Part shown: piece after piece, positions 12,488 to 25,860 of the stretch
Layout of the letters: each line of letters starts with the position of its first letter
Position numbering within the stretch: position 1 is the stretch's first letter
NCBI RefSeq assembly: GCF_902652985.1
Contig: NC_047016.1
Span: 53,754,001-53,818,000 of the forward strand
Reading direction: 5' to 3'
Length of the DNA stretch: 64,000 bases
DNA from: Pecten maximus
Lineage: Eukaryota
The notes under the pieces: generated by a model
Databases searched by the model: none
Told to the model about the DNA's origin: nothing
The model's input: the letters and a program-made list of their open reading frames with translations, nothing else
Translations under genes and position numbers: made by a program

Positions 12488-13961
12488 TTTACCTACCCTC
12501 CCAGCCCTAAACTTTGTTTACACCTTTGGCCTTTAGAATCACCGATCACCCTACAAGGTCGAAACAGTTATGCTTTGTATTTTAGGTATTTAATCTTTTA
12601 GTGTTTGTCTTTGGAACAATCATTTCGAAAGCTGATTTGGTGGGTGGAGTGGAAATATATCAATGGCAACAGTTGTCTGGCCTATTGGCACAAACATAAC
12701 AGCACAGACTTTTCTTAGACATACCTACCGTCCGCGATGTAATCGCACCACCCACCTCAGATCCTCACTCTAGTACGATACTGACCGATCTGTCGTGTGT
12801 ATGACTGGTAGGAGTTTATAGATTAGCCGTAAATGGAAGGATACAACTATTTAGGTGTTGGGTTATCAATCAGTAAACTTATACACAAATAAACATTGAC
12901 CTCTCATCATGCCCTTTAAAAATTCAACCTCATTATCAATGGTGCCTACAAACAGAAACATGCAAACTACAGAGATCATATGTAAAACATGGAAAGAAGA
13001 CTTGGAGAATGAACATATCTATCTAAAGTGAAGATGTTTTTCTCCGAAACAGATGGATGCTTTATATTGCTTGCAAATAAAGCTTTTTAAAGCTGAACTA
13101 CTCTCTGTACAGCTAGATACCGATATCCAAAAGAATCACAGTAGAAAAAGTGTAAAAAAAAAATTAAAATATACATATAGACCTTTCGAATGATTCAAGA
13201 CCAGGTATCCCGGGAGGGTGAACGTCTCCTTCTTCATCGACAACACAGTGATGTAAATCTAGGTCATATTGTTTTTTTGTAATTAATACTTCATTAAGAG
13301 AATATAATATGAAAAATTAAAAATGAAACTAATTTGTGTACTGTGCTCTGATTGTGTGTACAAATATCCCTTATATTTTCATTGTAAAACCGTCTATTTC
13401 ACTGTGAAAAAAAAGTTATAAAGCTAAATAAATAAGGTATGATTTATTTCATACACAAAACAAAACACGATAACAAAAAAGTTAGTACACAATGTAACGT
13501 ATGGAGTTTAGGACGAATAAGACTGTTTCATCCTTTTAGGACTCACAGGGTTAGGATTTAAGTGCTGAACTCCTCAAGGGAAGTGATGGAAACTCAAAAT
13601 GGGTTCAAAAATATCAAAATAAGGAAAGACAGCTTATTATCCCCAAAGATACTTCAATTACAGTATCTATAGATACCGTATAATCTGTAACAAACAAATT
13701 AAAAATTTCCCAATTGTCATCTCGTCCACTAAAATCACTTATCAACATTGTTAATAATGTTATCCGAATTGACTTCTTAGGCATTTATTATCTCGCCTAC
13801 TATAAGTGTAGATAATATCTTTACGGATTCCATGAAGGTGACGGAGTACACGTAATGCTGAAACGTTATACACTTTTGTGACATGTAAACCTATACTGTC
13901 AGCGTTGTTACAAATCAGCTTGTTACCAGGGATAATTGTAACCCTCTGACATAATCAGTAG

Positions 13962-13962
<1 letters not shown>

Positions 13963-13994
<32 letters not shown>
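13963..13994. repeat. (TA)n microsatellite
   Basis: (TA)16; a shorter paralogous tract lies at ~33307-33332. Confidence 0.95.
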
Positions 13995-13998
<4 letters not shown>

Positions 13999-14249
13999 CA
14001 GTATTGGTTAATGAACAGAGGTAAGCGAACGTCCGGTAGGTTAGTCCTAGTACGGATTATCGACCCGAGTAATCTATAAACCACGAACCTACAATAACTC
14101 GTTATACTGAACACACTTTGTAAGATATAGATTTTTCTTTTTCAATTTCTATAATATTGAAAGGTCAAATGTCAACTGTATTGCTTTGGAAAATAATTTG
14201 TTAACCTTAACTGAGGAGTATATCTATGTGAGTCACATTATCCATAATG

Positions 14250-14757
14250 TGATGAGGGATGAATCTATATGAGACGTATACTGATGAGGGATGTATCTAT
14301 AGAAGTTATAAACTGATGAGGGAGCGAATCTATAGGAGTTATAAACTGATGAGGGAGTGTATCTATAGAAGTTATAAACTGATGAGGGAGTGTATCTATA
14401 GAAGTTATAAACTGATGAGGGAGTGTATCTATATGAGACATATACTGATGAGGGAGTGTATCTATATGAGACATATACTGATGAGGGAGTGTATCTATAT
14501 GAGACATATACTGATGAGGGATGTATCTATATGAGACATATACTGATGAGGGAGTGTATCTATATGAGACATAAACTGATGAGGGATGTATCTATATGAG
14601 ACATATACTGATGAGGGAGTGTATCTATATGAGACATATACTGATGAGGGAGTGTATCTATAGGAGTTATAAACTGATGAGGGAGCGAATCTATATGAGA
14701 CATATACTGATGAGGGAGTGTATCTATAGAAGTTATAAACTGATGAGGGAGTGTATT
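14250..14757. repeat. 33-bp minisatellite (CTGATGAGGGAGTGTATCTATAGAAGTTATAAA and a variant)
   Basis: Visible tandem array of two interleaved unit variants. Confidence 0.95.
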
Positions 14758-16184
14758 GTTCAAGTTACTTTGACAATAGAGTGATGAGGGGGTGTTTTAA
14801 TTTGAGACACATTGACCTGACAATAAAGTGACGACGGACATATCTGTTTGACTCCCCAATCTCTTAGATGAAATTCAACTCTTTTTTTTCTTCTTTTTTT
14901 GACATCCACTTGCTTATTTCCAAACAGCTTTCAACTGGTTGGGATGTGCATCGTCCAATCTTACTGATATTTCATATTTTAAAAATACAGAACTTTATAA
15001 AATAGAACAATTAAAACTAGACTGATAAATCGTTTGCTACTGCCAAAGTAAGCGATGATTTGTAATGTATTTACAATAACAATTAGCATTTCATTTATTG
15101 ACGGGAAGATGTGTGATGCTTCAATCAGCTGACAACCATAAACAGCAATATGTATTAATTTCACTAGACCTGTATTAACTAATTACTGATACACAGTAAG
15201 ACGATTATCACTTATCATCATTAAACTTCTACAGTTGTACATAATTAGTCTAGAATATATCTTCTTACATTTGGGTGTGAAATCCAATTGAAATTGGATA
15301 TTATACAGAAATTGTTTTGTCTGCAGTGCATGATTCTAAATGTCGGTTAATGCTCTGTGAGATAAGATGATTTTAACATTGAAGTGTTACTGTCGAGCTT
15401 AAGTTACGAAAAGCAGAATTTGTTTATTATATAATAAGCACACAATGTTAGCGTGTTGACTAATTAACATATTAAAAGTAATGGTGGTTTCCGTTACTAG
15501 ACCTACTACTTGTAATTAGCGTTCTGTTACACCAGTTTTAAAGATGCTATATGTCCAGTAATGAATAATTATGATTGATTGGGAAAAAAACCAAAAAAAC
15601 CCATACAAAACAAACAAAACAAAATAAAAAAGTTATAAGCTACACTTGTATGGCATATTTTGTGATAATGCCAAAAATCAAATGTCTCGTGTTATTACCA
15701 TCCTGAATCAATAATTGATTTCACCCTAAGAAATTCTAACGTGATCCAGCCCTATATTTTGTCTGTAACTTTCTGTCCAGTTAGCAGTCATTATTAGAGT
15801 AGTGTTATCATAATTTTTCATTTTCGGTGCTACTTCTATTTATAATACAGTGTGGGTGTCACTAAATGCAGGAGCTGTTTATATACGGTCAGCAATGCAG
15901 CTTAATTAAGATTGAACATTACATACATGAACAAGTACCTCTGCAATATACACATAAACACTTGAACAATACTTTTGTTCATGTCTCTGTGTTACTGTTC
16001 ATGTTCTGTTCCCTACTAATTCTTCTCGCATCACCACTTAAGTTCTTCAGGATCGAATTACGCCACTAATAATCAGTTGTCATGGGTGTCTTCATGTAAA
16101 GTACGACTTGATGTAAACTATTTATTTTACAACAATTGCGAAACAAGTTATATCAACTTATATCAATCACGCTTGTTGGCCCAG

Positions 16185-16275
16185 ATGGAAGCGTACGAGG
16201 GTCTTTAATGCAAAGAAACTAGAGTACCCGGAGAAAACCCACGTGGTCGGGCAGGTGATCCCATACCTTTTCACT
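16185..16275 (-). mobile_element. Fragment of a second V-domain-type SINE family
   Basis: Minus strand GTGGGTTTTCTCCGGGTACTCTAGTTTC core with flanks that differ from the main family; paralogue at ~35670-35755. Confidence 0.55.
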
Positions 16276-16690
16276 TTCAGTACTATTTATATTATTGTAT
16301 ACGTAAGTACAATAGATAGAAATAAATACTACCAGTAATTAAAATATCAGAACACAAAGGCTGCTATCAGAACAACATACGAGTTCCTACACAGACAAAA
16401 CAATGCCTACCATAAGGCAAGTTAATACTGTATGTTCCATAGTAATACTAACCTCGATGTAAAATGTTCCTACAACTAACTGTGTTAAAGCTTTAGAAAC
16501 AAGATACATATTAAATATATATCTTTCAGACAATGATGATAGGTATAGGTTATGTAGTAATCACAGAGCAGTTGATTAGAAAAGGTCCATGGCTCCTCTA
16601 TTCTTCTCAATTGCACTTTTTCAGCAACGGAAATCACTAATGAGGTCAATACGCAAAATGTTCTATAAGAATAAAAGCAAAGTCCAAACA

Positions 16691-17948
16691 TTATACTTCA
16701 TCAAATGTCTGTGAAAAAGCCACGCCGCCCATGACTGACGTCATCAAGAACATAATAAGAAAAAACAAACAAAACAAAGGGACGTCAAGTCTCGGCAGCA
16801 CGTCTTTAAGGCAAGCACGTGTCTCTGTTCCATTTCTGTCTTTTACCGTGAATGATTGCACACTGATATCACTCACGTTATCCGAATCTTTAATGTCAGG
16901 ACTACTGACTTTGGATTGCTTCCCTTGTTTACAGGATATAAACACTTTAGAAATACACGCCGGTACTGGCCTTGCTCCATACTCGATGTAGAGACGAACT
17001 TGTATGACTGTTACCAGGACGATGATGACACTAAACATCAGAAGTGCGAGCAGGTAGATCGTCAGGTAAGATACATCTATTGAGCTATGAGGAAGTTCGG
17101 AACTGATAATTCCCAGAAACACAGCGTACGACAGGTACACGGTCACACAGAAGGAATTCTTCTCTCCAGATGAAAGTGGAATTAAGAATACACAGACGTT
17201 TAGAAAGGCCAGGAGGATGACGGGAGAAATGATCGTCAATATAACGAATTTCGGCCGCCGCTGTAGACATAATGAATAAAATTACAAATGAATTAGATTC
17301 CAAATCAAGTTCAGCACTTTCAATCTCAGAACTCACCAATTTCCATTCGACATTTTCTTCGAAATACTTAATGTTGATTGATTCTGGTGTTGTAATAAAG
17401 GCGACTTTGGACGAAGGCTCATCCCAAATTTCGAATTCCATATGGCAGGTCTGTGTATCGAACGGGTAATACGTTATATCGACTTCACACGTCACAACGA
17501 AACTGTCGGCTGGAAACCACTCAACCTTTCCATCTGCCATGATCTCAGCTTTTGAAGCCAACTGGGAAAGCATATTTAATCTCCCAAAAGTATTGATAAG
17601 GGCAATATTCGGCTGCCAGATTGAACTCCCATCAACATACACATGCGACACATTACCAAAATCAGACCCGTTCCAGGCTAAAGACTCGTCTATCCAGCGT
17701 ATGCTAAACCATCCGGATATTACAAGTCTCTGTGCCTTTTCATCGAATTCGTTTATCGAATTCAGCAGGAACATCATGGACACAGGTATGGTGTCACTTT
17801 GGTTGATAACAGGCCGGATTCGATTGTCATAGCCATTGAAAATATGTTTGTAAACATCCTTCACATCTTGTAAAGTTGGTGACGAGATGGTGACGGTTAC
17901 CATTAATACCAGTAAGAACCAAGTCAATAGATTGTCTGTTGGTTTCAT
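16691..17948 (-). pseudogene. Intronless nAChR-like (Cys-loop pLGIC) gene A with +1 frameshift just before TM1
   Basis: Signal peptide MKPTDNLL..., GYDNRIRP, WQPNI, Cys-loop CEVDITYYPFDTQTC, M2 SGEKNSFCVTVYLSYAVFL and TM4. Span is 1258 nt (one extra base); TAAAATTAC at ~17277-17285 corresponds to TAAGCTAC in paralogue A'. Could be a sequencing error. Confidence 0.85.
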
Positions 17949-18667
17949 GTTCTTCAGTACTCTACAAACCAACACCCACAACGTCTGTGATTAATTCTGA
18001 AGCTGCTGTAGCGAATTCCCCTAGTAAAGGGATGATTATACGTGGTATTAACACGTGCATATATTTGGTTTAATACCAGAACTGTTTTAAGCCGTGATTT
18101 CGTTGAGGGGTGTGAAGTAAGAATTTAATTATATGTTGTAAATGTTTAATAGCAAAGCGTCTATTACCGGTTTAATACACGCGTATACCCCACACTAACA
18201 CGTTCGTTTTGTACATTAACAACGTCAGATCAGAGAACCGTGAGATTACTGATGTTTTATATCAATAAACACGATTGTCCTGTCATACCTGTGTGTCTCA
18301 TTAACGTTCGAACTGGTAAATTATTTGTCACCCTAGACATTAATTGTCATTCTCTCGACGCCACCACAGTCTCTATCTCGTTTCCTCGGGTCTCATGTCC
18401 ACGTCATATCTCACCTTTACACTGACACATAAATACCAAAAAAGTAAGACAAATACCTTATTAGAGATACAATACAGCTGGTTGCTAAGGAGAGTGTTAC
18501 ATCGCAAAATAACCCATCCATGACCAATGTTGGTTATTGATTAAAGGAACTAACTCAGGCTTTTAAGAATTGTAGATTTATGGATGGAGACCATGGGAAG
18601 TTTTCAGGTTGGTCGAAATCATGTTGAAATAAATATTCTATTTGATTGTGCGATGCAAGTCGAACCT

Positions 18668-18879
18668 GGTGGTCGAATGGTTAAGGTGTCCCGACACTTT
18701 ATCACTAGTCCTTTACCTCTGGGTTGCGAGTTCGAAACTTACGTGGGGCAGTTGCCAGGTACTGACCGTAGGCCGGTGGTTTTTCTCCGGGTACTCCGGC
18801 TTTCCTCCACCTCCAAAACCTGGCACGTCCTTAAATGACACTGGCTGTTAATAGGACGTTAAACAAAAACAAACAAACC
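18668..18879 (+). mobile_element. tRNA-derived V-type SINE, slightly 5'-truncated
   Basis: Same family, plus strand, with A/B boxes and an AAAC tail. Confidence 0.92.
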
Positions 18880-19733
18880 AAATCAAACCTATTATATACT
18901 TGTTCATATTCGATGTGGTTCCACTATTCTAATTATTTTACTATGATGATGCAACAGCTGGATGTAGAAGGCCTTAACTTTCATCAAGTTTTGTATAGTT
19001 AGAGACTTAGTAAGTAAATAACATCAAAAATATCAAGTTTCAATACCTTTCCGTGGAAAGTTTTACGTATATTGTTTAGATCCGGAAAATGTTGTTATTC
19101 AAATAGAATGTCGGTTTCAAAACACCTACGGATCCATTGGCATACAGAACACTTGGTTTTGCCTTTACACTTCAGTTCATGATTTTAAAAGGGATTAGCA
19201 GCTTGGGATATAAAATGATTATTTAACACGTCAGTTTTCGTTGATGATGACGGCAAATTAATTGACATGTTGAATTTTTGATTTAGTGTGGATAAGTATG
19301 TTAGCATTCAAGCATCCGATAACTTTACCCTTCTATGGAAAAGGTATTAAGTTTCCTGATTCTAAAATGAAGAAGGTTTATGATAATCCAGGTAGCTCTA
19401 CCTGCTTATTTTCCTATCTTTTGCGATGAAACAATGACCACCCAAATAAGGTGCTGGCGTGATAGATGTTATTTACCTGGATACAAACCTGCCTCGTTAA
19501 TACTGGATTTTTAACCTTAAAAGCATGATTTACTGCTGATTCACATCCTTAAGAAAAGCATACGTCGTATGGATTGTATAAATGTCACACGACATATTAA
19601 CACAATTCAATACAAACTGGAAGTTAGATACGATAGAGCCAAAATCATGAATTAAAATGCATCACAAAGCTGTTTCCTCTTTCTAGGACTTCTACGTGAT
19701 TTTAAGAACCTAAGGATTTGATTCCTAGTAGGC

Positions 19734-19968
19734 TTTTGGTTTGTTTTGGTTTGGTTTGTTTTTGTTTAACGTCTTATTAACAGCCAGGGTCATTTAAGGA
19801 CGTGCCAGGTTTTGGAGGTGGAGGAAAGCTGGAGTACCCAGAGAAAAACCATAGGCCTATGGTCAGTACCTGGCAACTGCCCCACGTAGGTTTCGAACTC
19901 GCAACCCAGAGGTGGAGGGCTAGTGATAAAGTGTCGGGACACCTTAACCACACGGCCACCGCGGCCCC
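19734..19968 (-). mobile_element. tRNA-derived V-type SINE
   Basis: Same family; TSD CCTAGTAGGC / CCTAGGAGGC. Confidence 0.92.
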
Positions 19969-20139
19969 CTAGGAGGCGACCGGAAAAAAAAACACGAAAG
20001 TGGTCAGAAGGGATGCGTATATTATGAAGCGTCAATTAAAATACGGCACAAAGAACTAAAACAGTAATGTAGCTGTTTCTTACTATGTTCCGCCCTTCTT
20101 GGATAATTCATAAATATTATGGTGGGAGGTACAATGTTG

Positions 20140-20466
20140 AAATACAGTGAAGGCAATCGAAATCTGCCAAAGATGATATGGAAATACGGAAAAGGACATT
20201 CAAATCTGACAAAAATAATGGGGAAATTTATACAGAAAAAGAAATTCAAATCTGCCACAAATACTATGGAAATACAGGAAAGAAATTCAAATTTGCCAAA
20301 AATGATGTGGAAATACAGAAAAGGAAATTGAAATCTGCCAAAGATAATATCGAAATACAGGAAAGAAATCTAAATCTGTCAAAAATGATATGGAAACCAG
20401 AAAATGATTTAAATCTGTCAAAGATAATGTAAAAATACAAGGGAAAGAAATTCAAATTTGCCAAAA
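20140..20466. repeat. Degenerate ~42-bp tandem repeat (AAATCTGCCAAAGATGATATGGAAATAC...)
   Basis: ~8 diverged units; paralogue at ~39620-39935. Confidence 0.8.
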
Positions 20467-21756
20467 TTGCTTTATTCCTCGTGTTGCATGATGAATTACA
20501 TTCACAACCATTAAAGGTTACATAAAAAATATACATCAGACATAGCATATCGACATTACAAGATCGTTCCTTAACTTGCTTTTTGTCCGAGACAAGTATG
20601 GTTTGTGTTTTCCTTTAAAATAACAAAATTAAAGGTAGGCAGTTGTTTTTATGATAACAAAAGTTTACTAAGCCTGATGAACGAGTTCTATATGACAAAA
20701 TTCAGTCTCTTGAATGTTTGAACTCTTCAATATACTATTTCATATTAAGCCAATTTTTAGATCTGAATACATGGTTTACACTTAAAATAAATCAATATAA
20801 ATATTCTTCTCTGCTGTAAATAGCTATTTTATACTCCAGTGAAGTACACTTGTTATTGTAAAATACGATCAAATCTAATCTTATTATTCTTAAGTTCCAC
20901 TTTCCTCTGCTCTACTGTTCAACATCTTAAAATAATTCGAAAATGATTGAAAGAGATTTTATCACAATTCTACAAGGTTCATTCTCAAGTGTAAGTCCCT
21001 CATCACAAACACAATACCCAAAGGGACATTTCACTAATGCATTGTTCAAACACATACTATGCAATGTCATAGAAACATCTACCACGGCGTCCATAATGTC
21101 ATTGATTCACACAAACGAAGAATAGTCCGGAATAACCCGAAGTCTAAATCTTTTTGTAACGGCCATAACTCAGTACACAGAAACACCCCATGTTTTCCTT
21201 TATCGGGTCTCTACCAGATGTAAATGTACTATTTTCGTTAACTTAGGCAAGAAATCTTAACAGCGATAAAATTGTATGGATTCTATATGTTAATGTATGA
21301 CTACAATACTCCTGCATTGATTTCACATCCATTTAGATGTAAAACAAACAGACAAATGATCGTTTTTTTATATTTGAGAGACGGCCGCCATTTTGGAAAC
21401 TTACTTTAAATTCAACTGCGTTCCATTATAGAGTACCGTACATTTTAGATACAACTGGTACGATCCTGATCAAGGAATATTAAGATAATAGGTCACATGA
21501 ACCATACATAAAACAATACAAATTCCGAAAATCGGATTTTGCCACAACGTCCATAACCGTCATCATAAATGTGAATATACCATAAAGTCAATAGTTATCG
21601 ACGTAATGCATTGCAACATGGAAAGGTCATAATACTCGTAGCTATCGTTGCCCTCGCAATACTTTACAAAGAACGAGAATTGACCACAACGCTAAACTTG
21701 GTCATCACAACACCTCACAAAGAAAGGTATAAATATAGGCTGATATGAAATCCACT

Positions 21757-23007
21757 TCATATGGAATGTGAGTAGGATATGGCGCCGATAGTCGACGTCA
21801 TAACGCACAAAATGACCAGGAACAAAAAGAACAAAGGAATGTCAAATTTCGGCAGGATGTCCTTTAAGCAAGTTATCGTCTCTTTTTCGTTTTGATTGTT
21901 AAATTCAAACGGTTCCACAACGTTTTCCGTCGTGACGTCCAAATCATTATTGTCCTGGGGAGTTACTTGAGATCGAGTTCCATTTGTGCAGAAGCCACAT
22001 ACTTTTAAAATTGATGCCGGAACTGGTGTTTCTCCATACTCGATAAAGAGACGAACCTGTATGACTGTTATCAGGACGATGATGACACTGAAAACCAACA
22101 GTGCGAGCAGATATATGGCCAGATAGGACACGTTTTTGGAGTTGGGTGGGAGCTCTGAGCTGATTATTCCTAGAAACACAGCGTATGACAGGTACACGGT
22201 TACACAGAACGCATTCTTCTCTCCTGAAGATAAGGGAATTAGGAATACACAGATATTGAGAAACGCCAACAGGATAACGGGAGCGATCAGTGTCAGGATA
22301 ACGAATTTAGGTCTCCGCTGTAGGAGCAAGAAATATTGTACAGATGAAATCGGTACTCCGTACTCCATTTCCAAGTTTTTTACAACAGAACTCGTCAGTC
22401 TCCATTCCACATTTTTCTCGAAATAACTCGTATCAATTGATTTTGATGTTGCCATGAGCACCACTTCGGAGGTAGGAGCGTCCCACATTTCGAATTTCAA
22501 AGAGCAGCGTTGTGTATCAAAAGGGTAATACGTAATATCGACTTCACACTTCACAACGAAACTGTCAGATGGGAACCATTCGACTTCCCCATTGACGTTG
22601 ATCACAGCCCTTGTCGCAAACTGGGAAAGCATGTTCATTCTACCAAAGGAATTCAAAAGGACAATATTCGGCTGCCAGATTGATTTCCCATCAACATATA
22701 CATGCGACACGTTACCAAAATCAGACTTGTTCCAGGTTAAAGATTCGTCTACCCACCGTATGATAAACCAACCTGCGATTACAAGTTTCTGTGACTTTTC
22801 ATTGAATTCGTTTATCGAACTCAGCAGAAAGGTCATAGACACAGATAAGGCCTCACTTTGGTTGATTAAAGGCCGGATTCGATTGTCATAACCATTGAAA
22901 ATGTGTGTGTAGATATCCCTCACATCTTGTAACGTTGGTGACGAGATGCTGACATTTGTCATCAATGCCAGCAATAACCAGGTAAATAGGATGTCCGCTG
23001 ATGTCAT
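21757..23007 (-). CDS. Intronless nAChR-like pLGIC subunit B (416 aa, non-alpha, intact)
   Basis: Signal peptide from MTSADILF, Cys-loop CEVDITYYPFDTQRC, four TMs, M2 GEKNAFCVTVYLSYAVFL; no vicinal CC in loop C. Confidence 0.93.
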   Translation of the reverse strand: MTSADILFTWLLLALMTNVSISSPTLQDVRDIYTHIFNGYDNRIRPLINQSEALSVSMTFLLSSINEFNEKSQKLVIAGWFIIRWVDESLTWNKSDFGNVSHVYVDGKSIWQPNIVLLNSFGRMNMLSQFATRAVINVNGEVEWFPSDSFVVKCEVDITYYPFDTQRCSLKFEMWDAPTSEVVLMATSKSIDTSYFEKNVEWRLTSSVVKNLEMEYGVPISSVQYFLLLQRRPKFVILTLIAPVILLAFLNICVFLIPLSSGEKNAFCVTVYLSYAVFLGIISSELPPNSKNVSYLAIYLLALLVFSVIIVLITVIQVRLFIEYGETPVPASILKVCGFCTNGTRSQVTPQDNNDLDVTTENVVEPFEFNNQNEKETITCLKDILPKFDIPLFFLFLVILCVMTSTIGAISYSHSI

Positions 23008-23559
23008 ACTCAGTACAACTCTACACATCAGGTATCTGTCAGGAATTTGTAAATCTGATGAAGAGATAAAACTGACTTTACTTATGTACAATGTGTTACT
23101 GAGAAAGAAAGTCACCCATAGGTTGTACCTATTCATTTATAATCAATAACACAACTGTCTGAAGTTCTATCTCACGGTCTTACAACGTAACAGAGCGTAT
23201 AATGTACTAATATACTCATAGCTAAAAGTCCAAGTACCTAATTAAAGATGAAACAAAGCTTTTAATTGATAAATCAATACTGTTTACGAAGATATAGTCG
23301 TGTTCATCATACACGTGGATACCTCAAACGCTAAGCGCGTTACGTTGGAGGTAGGCGTTAAAGACCACGATGGAAATGAGATTAAGGAGAGTTTGAAATA
23401 CTATCTGCGTGAATACAGCAAAAAGATCATTACAACGTGTCTATGGGGCTTGTTACACGTGAGATGATAAAGACATGGGATTCTCCCTCGCATGATTGAT
23501 GCTTGTTTTGTCCCATTTTATCAAACTCACAGCATGAATAGACACTCAAATCTAATAAC

Positions 23560-23900
23560 TGTATCATCATATCTCTCAAGCTTGTTATGTATTCTCATAT
23601 CTCTAAAGCTTGCTATATATCCTTATATCTCTATAGCTAGCTTGCTTTGTATCCTCATATTGATATCGCTAAAGCTTGCTATGTATCCTCTTGTATCTAT
23701 AGCTTGCTATGTATTCCCATATCTCTAAAGCTTGCTATGTATCAGCATGCATCTAAAAAAATGCTATGTATTACAATATCTCTATTGCTTGCTATGTTTT
23801 ATTATCTCTCTATTGCTTGCTATGTACCATCATGCCTCTAAAGCTTCGCTATGTATTATAATATCGCTAAAGCTTGTATCTCTATTGCTTGCTATGAGAC
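23560..23900. repeat. Short, degenerate 28-bp minisatellite
   Basis: ~12 diverged AAAGCTTGCTATGTA... units; paralogue of 43766-48200. Confidence 0.85.
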
Positions 23901-25463
23901 CTTGTATCTCCTTATATCTTATATCATATTGACTCTGGCTGTTAAAAAGGACGTTTAACAAAAATAAACCAAATCTATTCTCATATATCTAATACTGGGA
24001 AGCTGCAATGTATCCTTATATCTCTAAATCCAATTTGAAGTTCGCGAATTTAAATCATATACTCCAGAACATTAACACTGAAGCCTATGGGAAAACTATT
24101 GGTTGTTTGGTTCCGACTATGGTGATCATTTACCCAAGGGGCATATATACATGTAGTCAGTAGGACACCGTCCCGCGATACTTTAATGTATTAGAAATCG
24201 TCCGTTATTATGATGTCCTGATCAACTTAAAATAGTGCCAGCCATCATGAACATATGATGATATGGATACTTATAAAATTCAATGTTAACATGCTTTAAC
24301 TGTAATGCTTCATTGTAATGAAATTGAATTGAGATGTAAACATCAGAAAATAATAATATCAAAAAGATAGTCGCGTTTGTAAGTTTACCAGTTCTGAGCT
24401 TACCTTTTCTAAGTGAAACTTGGCATGACTTGACACTCGGTGAATTTTTAAACAACGTGTATACCATGGCGTCTAAGTTGGAAACAAGAGACGAGGCGGT
24501 GTATACTCCGTATCGACCAACGGAATATTATATGTAATAACTTGTATAAATCAGTCAGTTTCGATACCGTTTAATTGATTGTGAAGTCACAGATTATAAT
24601 TGTCTTTTTTTTTTTTGTAATCGATTCAGGAATATCTCCTTTCCCTTCATGCGTCACTCGATATATCACCTGATTACAACGTAAACAACTTGTCTCTTGG
24701 TTTATATTGGTCCAATCACAGGCGATCGATTTAAAGGAAATGATTTGCTGTAACAGCGATACACATTGACAAGGTATGCCATCAGATAGGTGCCAACCTT
24801 TTTAATGAAGTTTGTTTTTACTGAAACGACGCGCGCTCTGCGTAAAGTACGACAAATTGATGTAGAATGACGTCATGATATGGGAAATAACATTTGTATA
24901 CGATACCCCCAATAAGTTATTAAAAGAGGTAAACATATACACCTTATTAGCACTGTACGTTCTGTAATTATAAAACGTGTTTCTCGTTTTATATGCATAA
25001 CACACATCGCTAATTAGAAATGGACAAAAGAAATTTTTAAATTAATTAGTCTGTTTGAGTCATCTCTGAAATAGATTAAAAACGATCAACACTAACATCG
25101 AATGTACATTCAGAATGAATGAGAAACGAAAACGATTTTTAATTCAAATTCTGTTCAAGCTTGACTTAGAAAAGACTAAATGTTGAAAAGAATACTGCTC
25201 CTTTTTGGCGCATGAATCTGTGCTTTATTTCATAGCATCTTACAATTACTGGTTGAATTTCTTTGGAGTATTTTTCTGAAAATAAAAGATAAAAATAGAA
25301 GAAAAATTAAATTTAAAAAAATCAGTAATTCGCTAATTCATTCTGTGTTTAAATTTCATAACAGGATATTTTTCGTAATGGTCTTTGTAAATATCAATTC
25401 AATGACAAGCTATATCTTTAATTATGGTCTATGCGAAAATTCAGTGAGTAACTTAAGTAAGGT

Positions 25464-25860
25464 AAATGACCATCAAGTGACGAACTATGTTTTTAATTGT
25501 GGTGAAGGTAAATGAACATCTAGTGACGAACTACATTTTTAATTCTGGTGTATTTATATGACCATCAAGTGACGAACTATATTTTAATTACAGTGTATGC
25601 ATATGACCATACAGTGACGAACTGCAATTTTATTACGGTGTATGTAAATGAACATCTAGTGACGAACTACATTTTTAATTATGGTGTATGTATATGACCA
25701 TCAAGTGACGAACTATATTTTAATTACAGTGTATGTATATGACCATACAGTGACGAACTACAATTTTATTACGGTGTATGTAAATGAACATCTAGTGACG
25801 AACTATATTTTTAATTATGGTGTATGTAAATGACCATCCAGTGACGTACTATATTATTAA
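25464..25860. repeat. 45-46-bp minisatellite (AAATGACCATCAAGTGACGAACTAT...)
   Basis: ~8-9 units running directly into the 35-bp array; a shorter paralogue lies at ~52545-52752. Confidence 0.9.

Larger units (their letters stand above)
6682..25860 (+). repeat. Segmental tandem duplication, copy 1
   Basis: Colinear with 25861-52752: same order of tetraspan exons, SINEs, minisatellites and pLGIC genes A and B. Confidence 0.9.

Noticed and set aside
10044-12536. Long ORFs (333 aa, 393 aa and others) with ISTLNTC / VLIHVFS / YQYTKHV heptads
   Set aside because: Stop-free frames of a 21-bp repeat on both strands, not preserved in the paralogous array.
12725-12795. Possible minus-strand exon with an AG|GTATGT donor
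   Set aside because: Stops in all three frames, and the donor is not kept in copy 2.
17272-17832. Plus-strand ORFs antisense to the receptor genes (also 22136-22891, 37018-37311, 42001-42581)
   Set aside because: Antisense shadows of real coding sequence with no independent support.
23008-23136. 43-aa N-terminal extension of B (and of B' at 42440-42568), and the TTG starts of A/A'
   Set aside because: The signal peptide and the alignment with A start at MTSAD/MKP. A pyrimidine tract plus AG (TTTTATCTCTTCATCAG) near 23056 suggests the upstream ATG is intronic.
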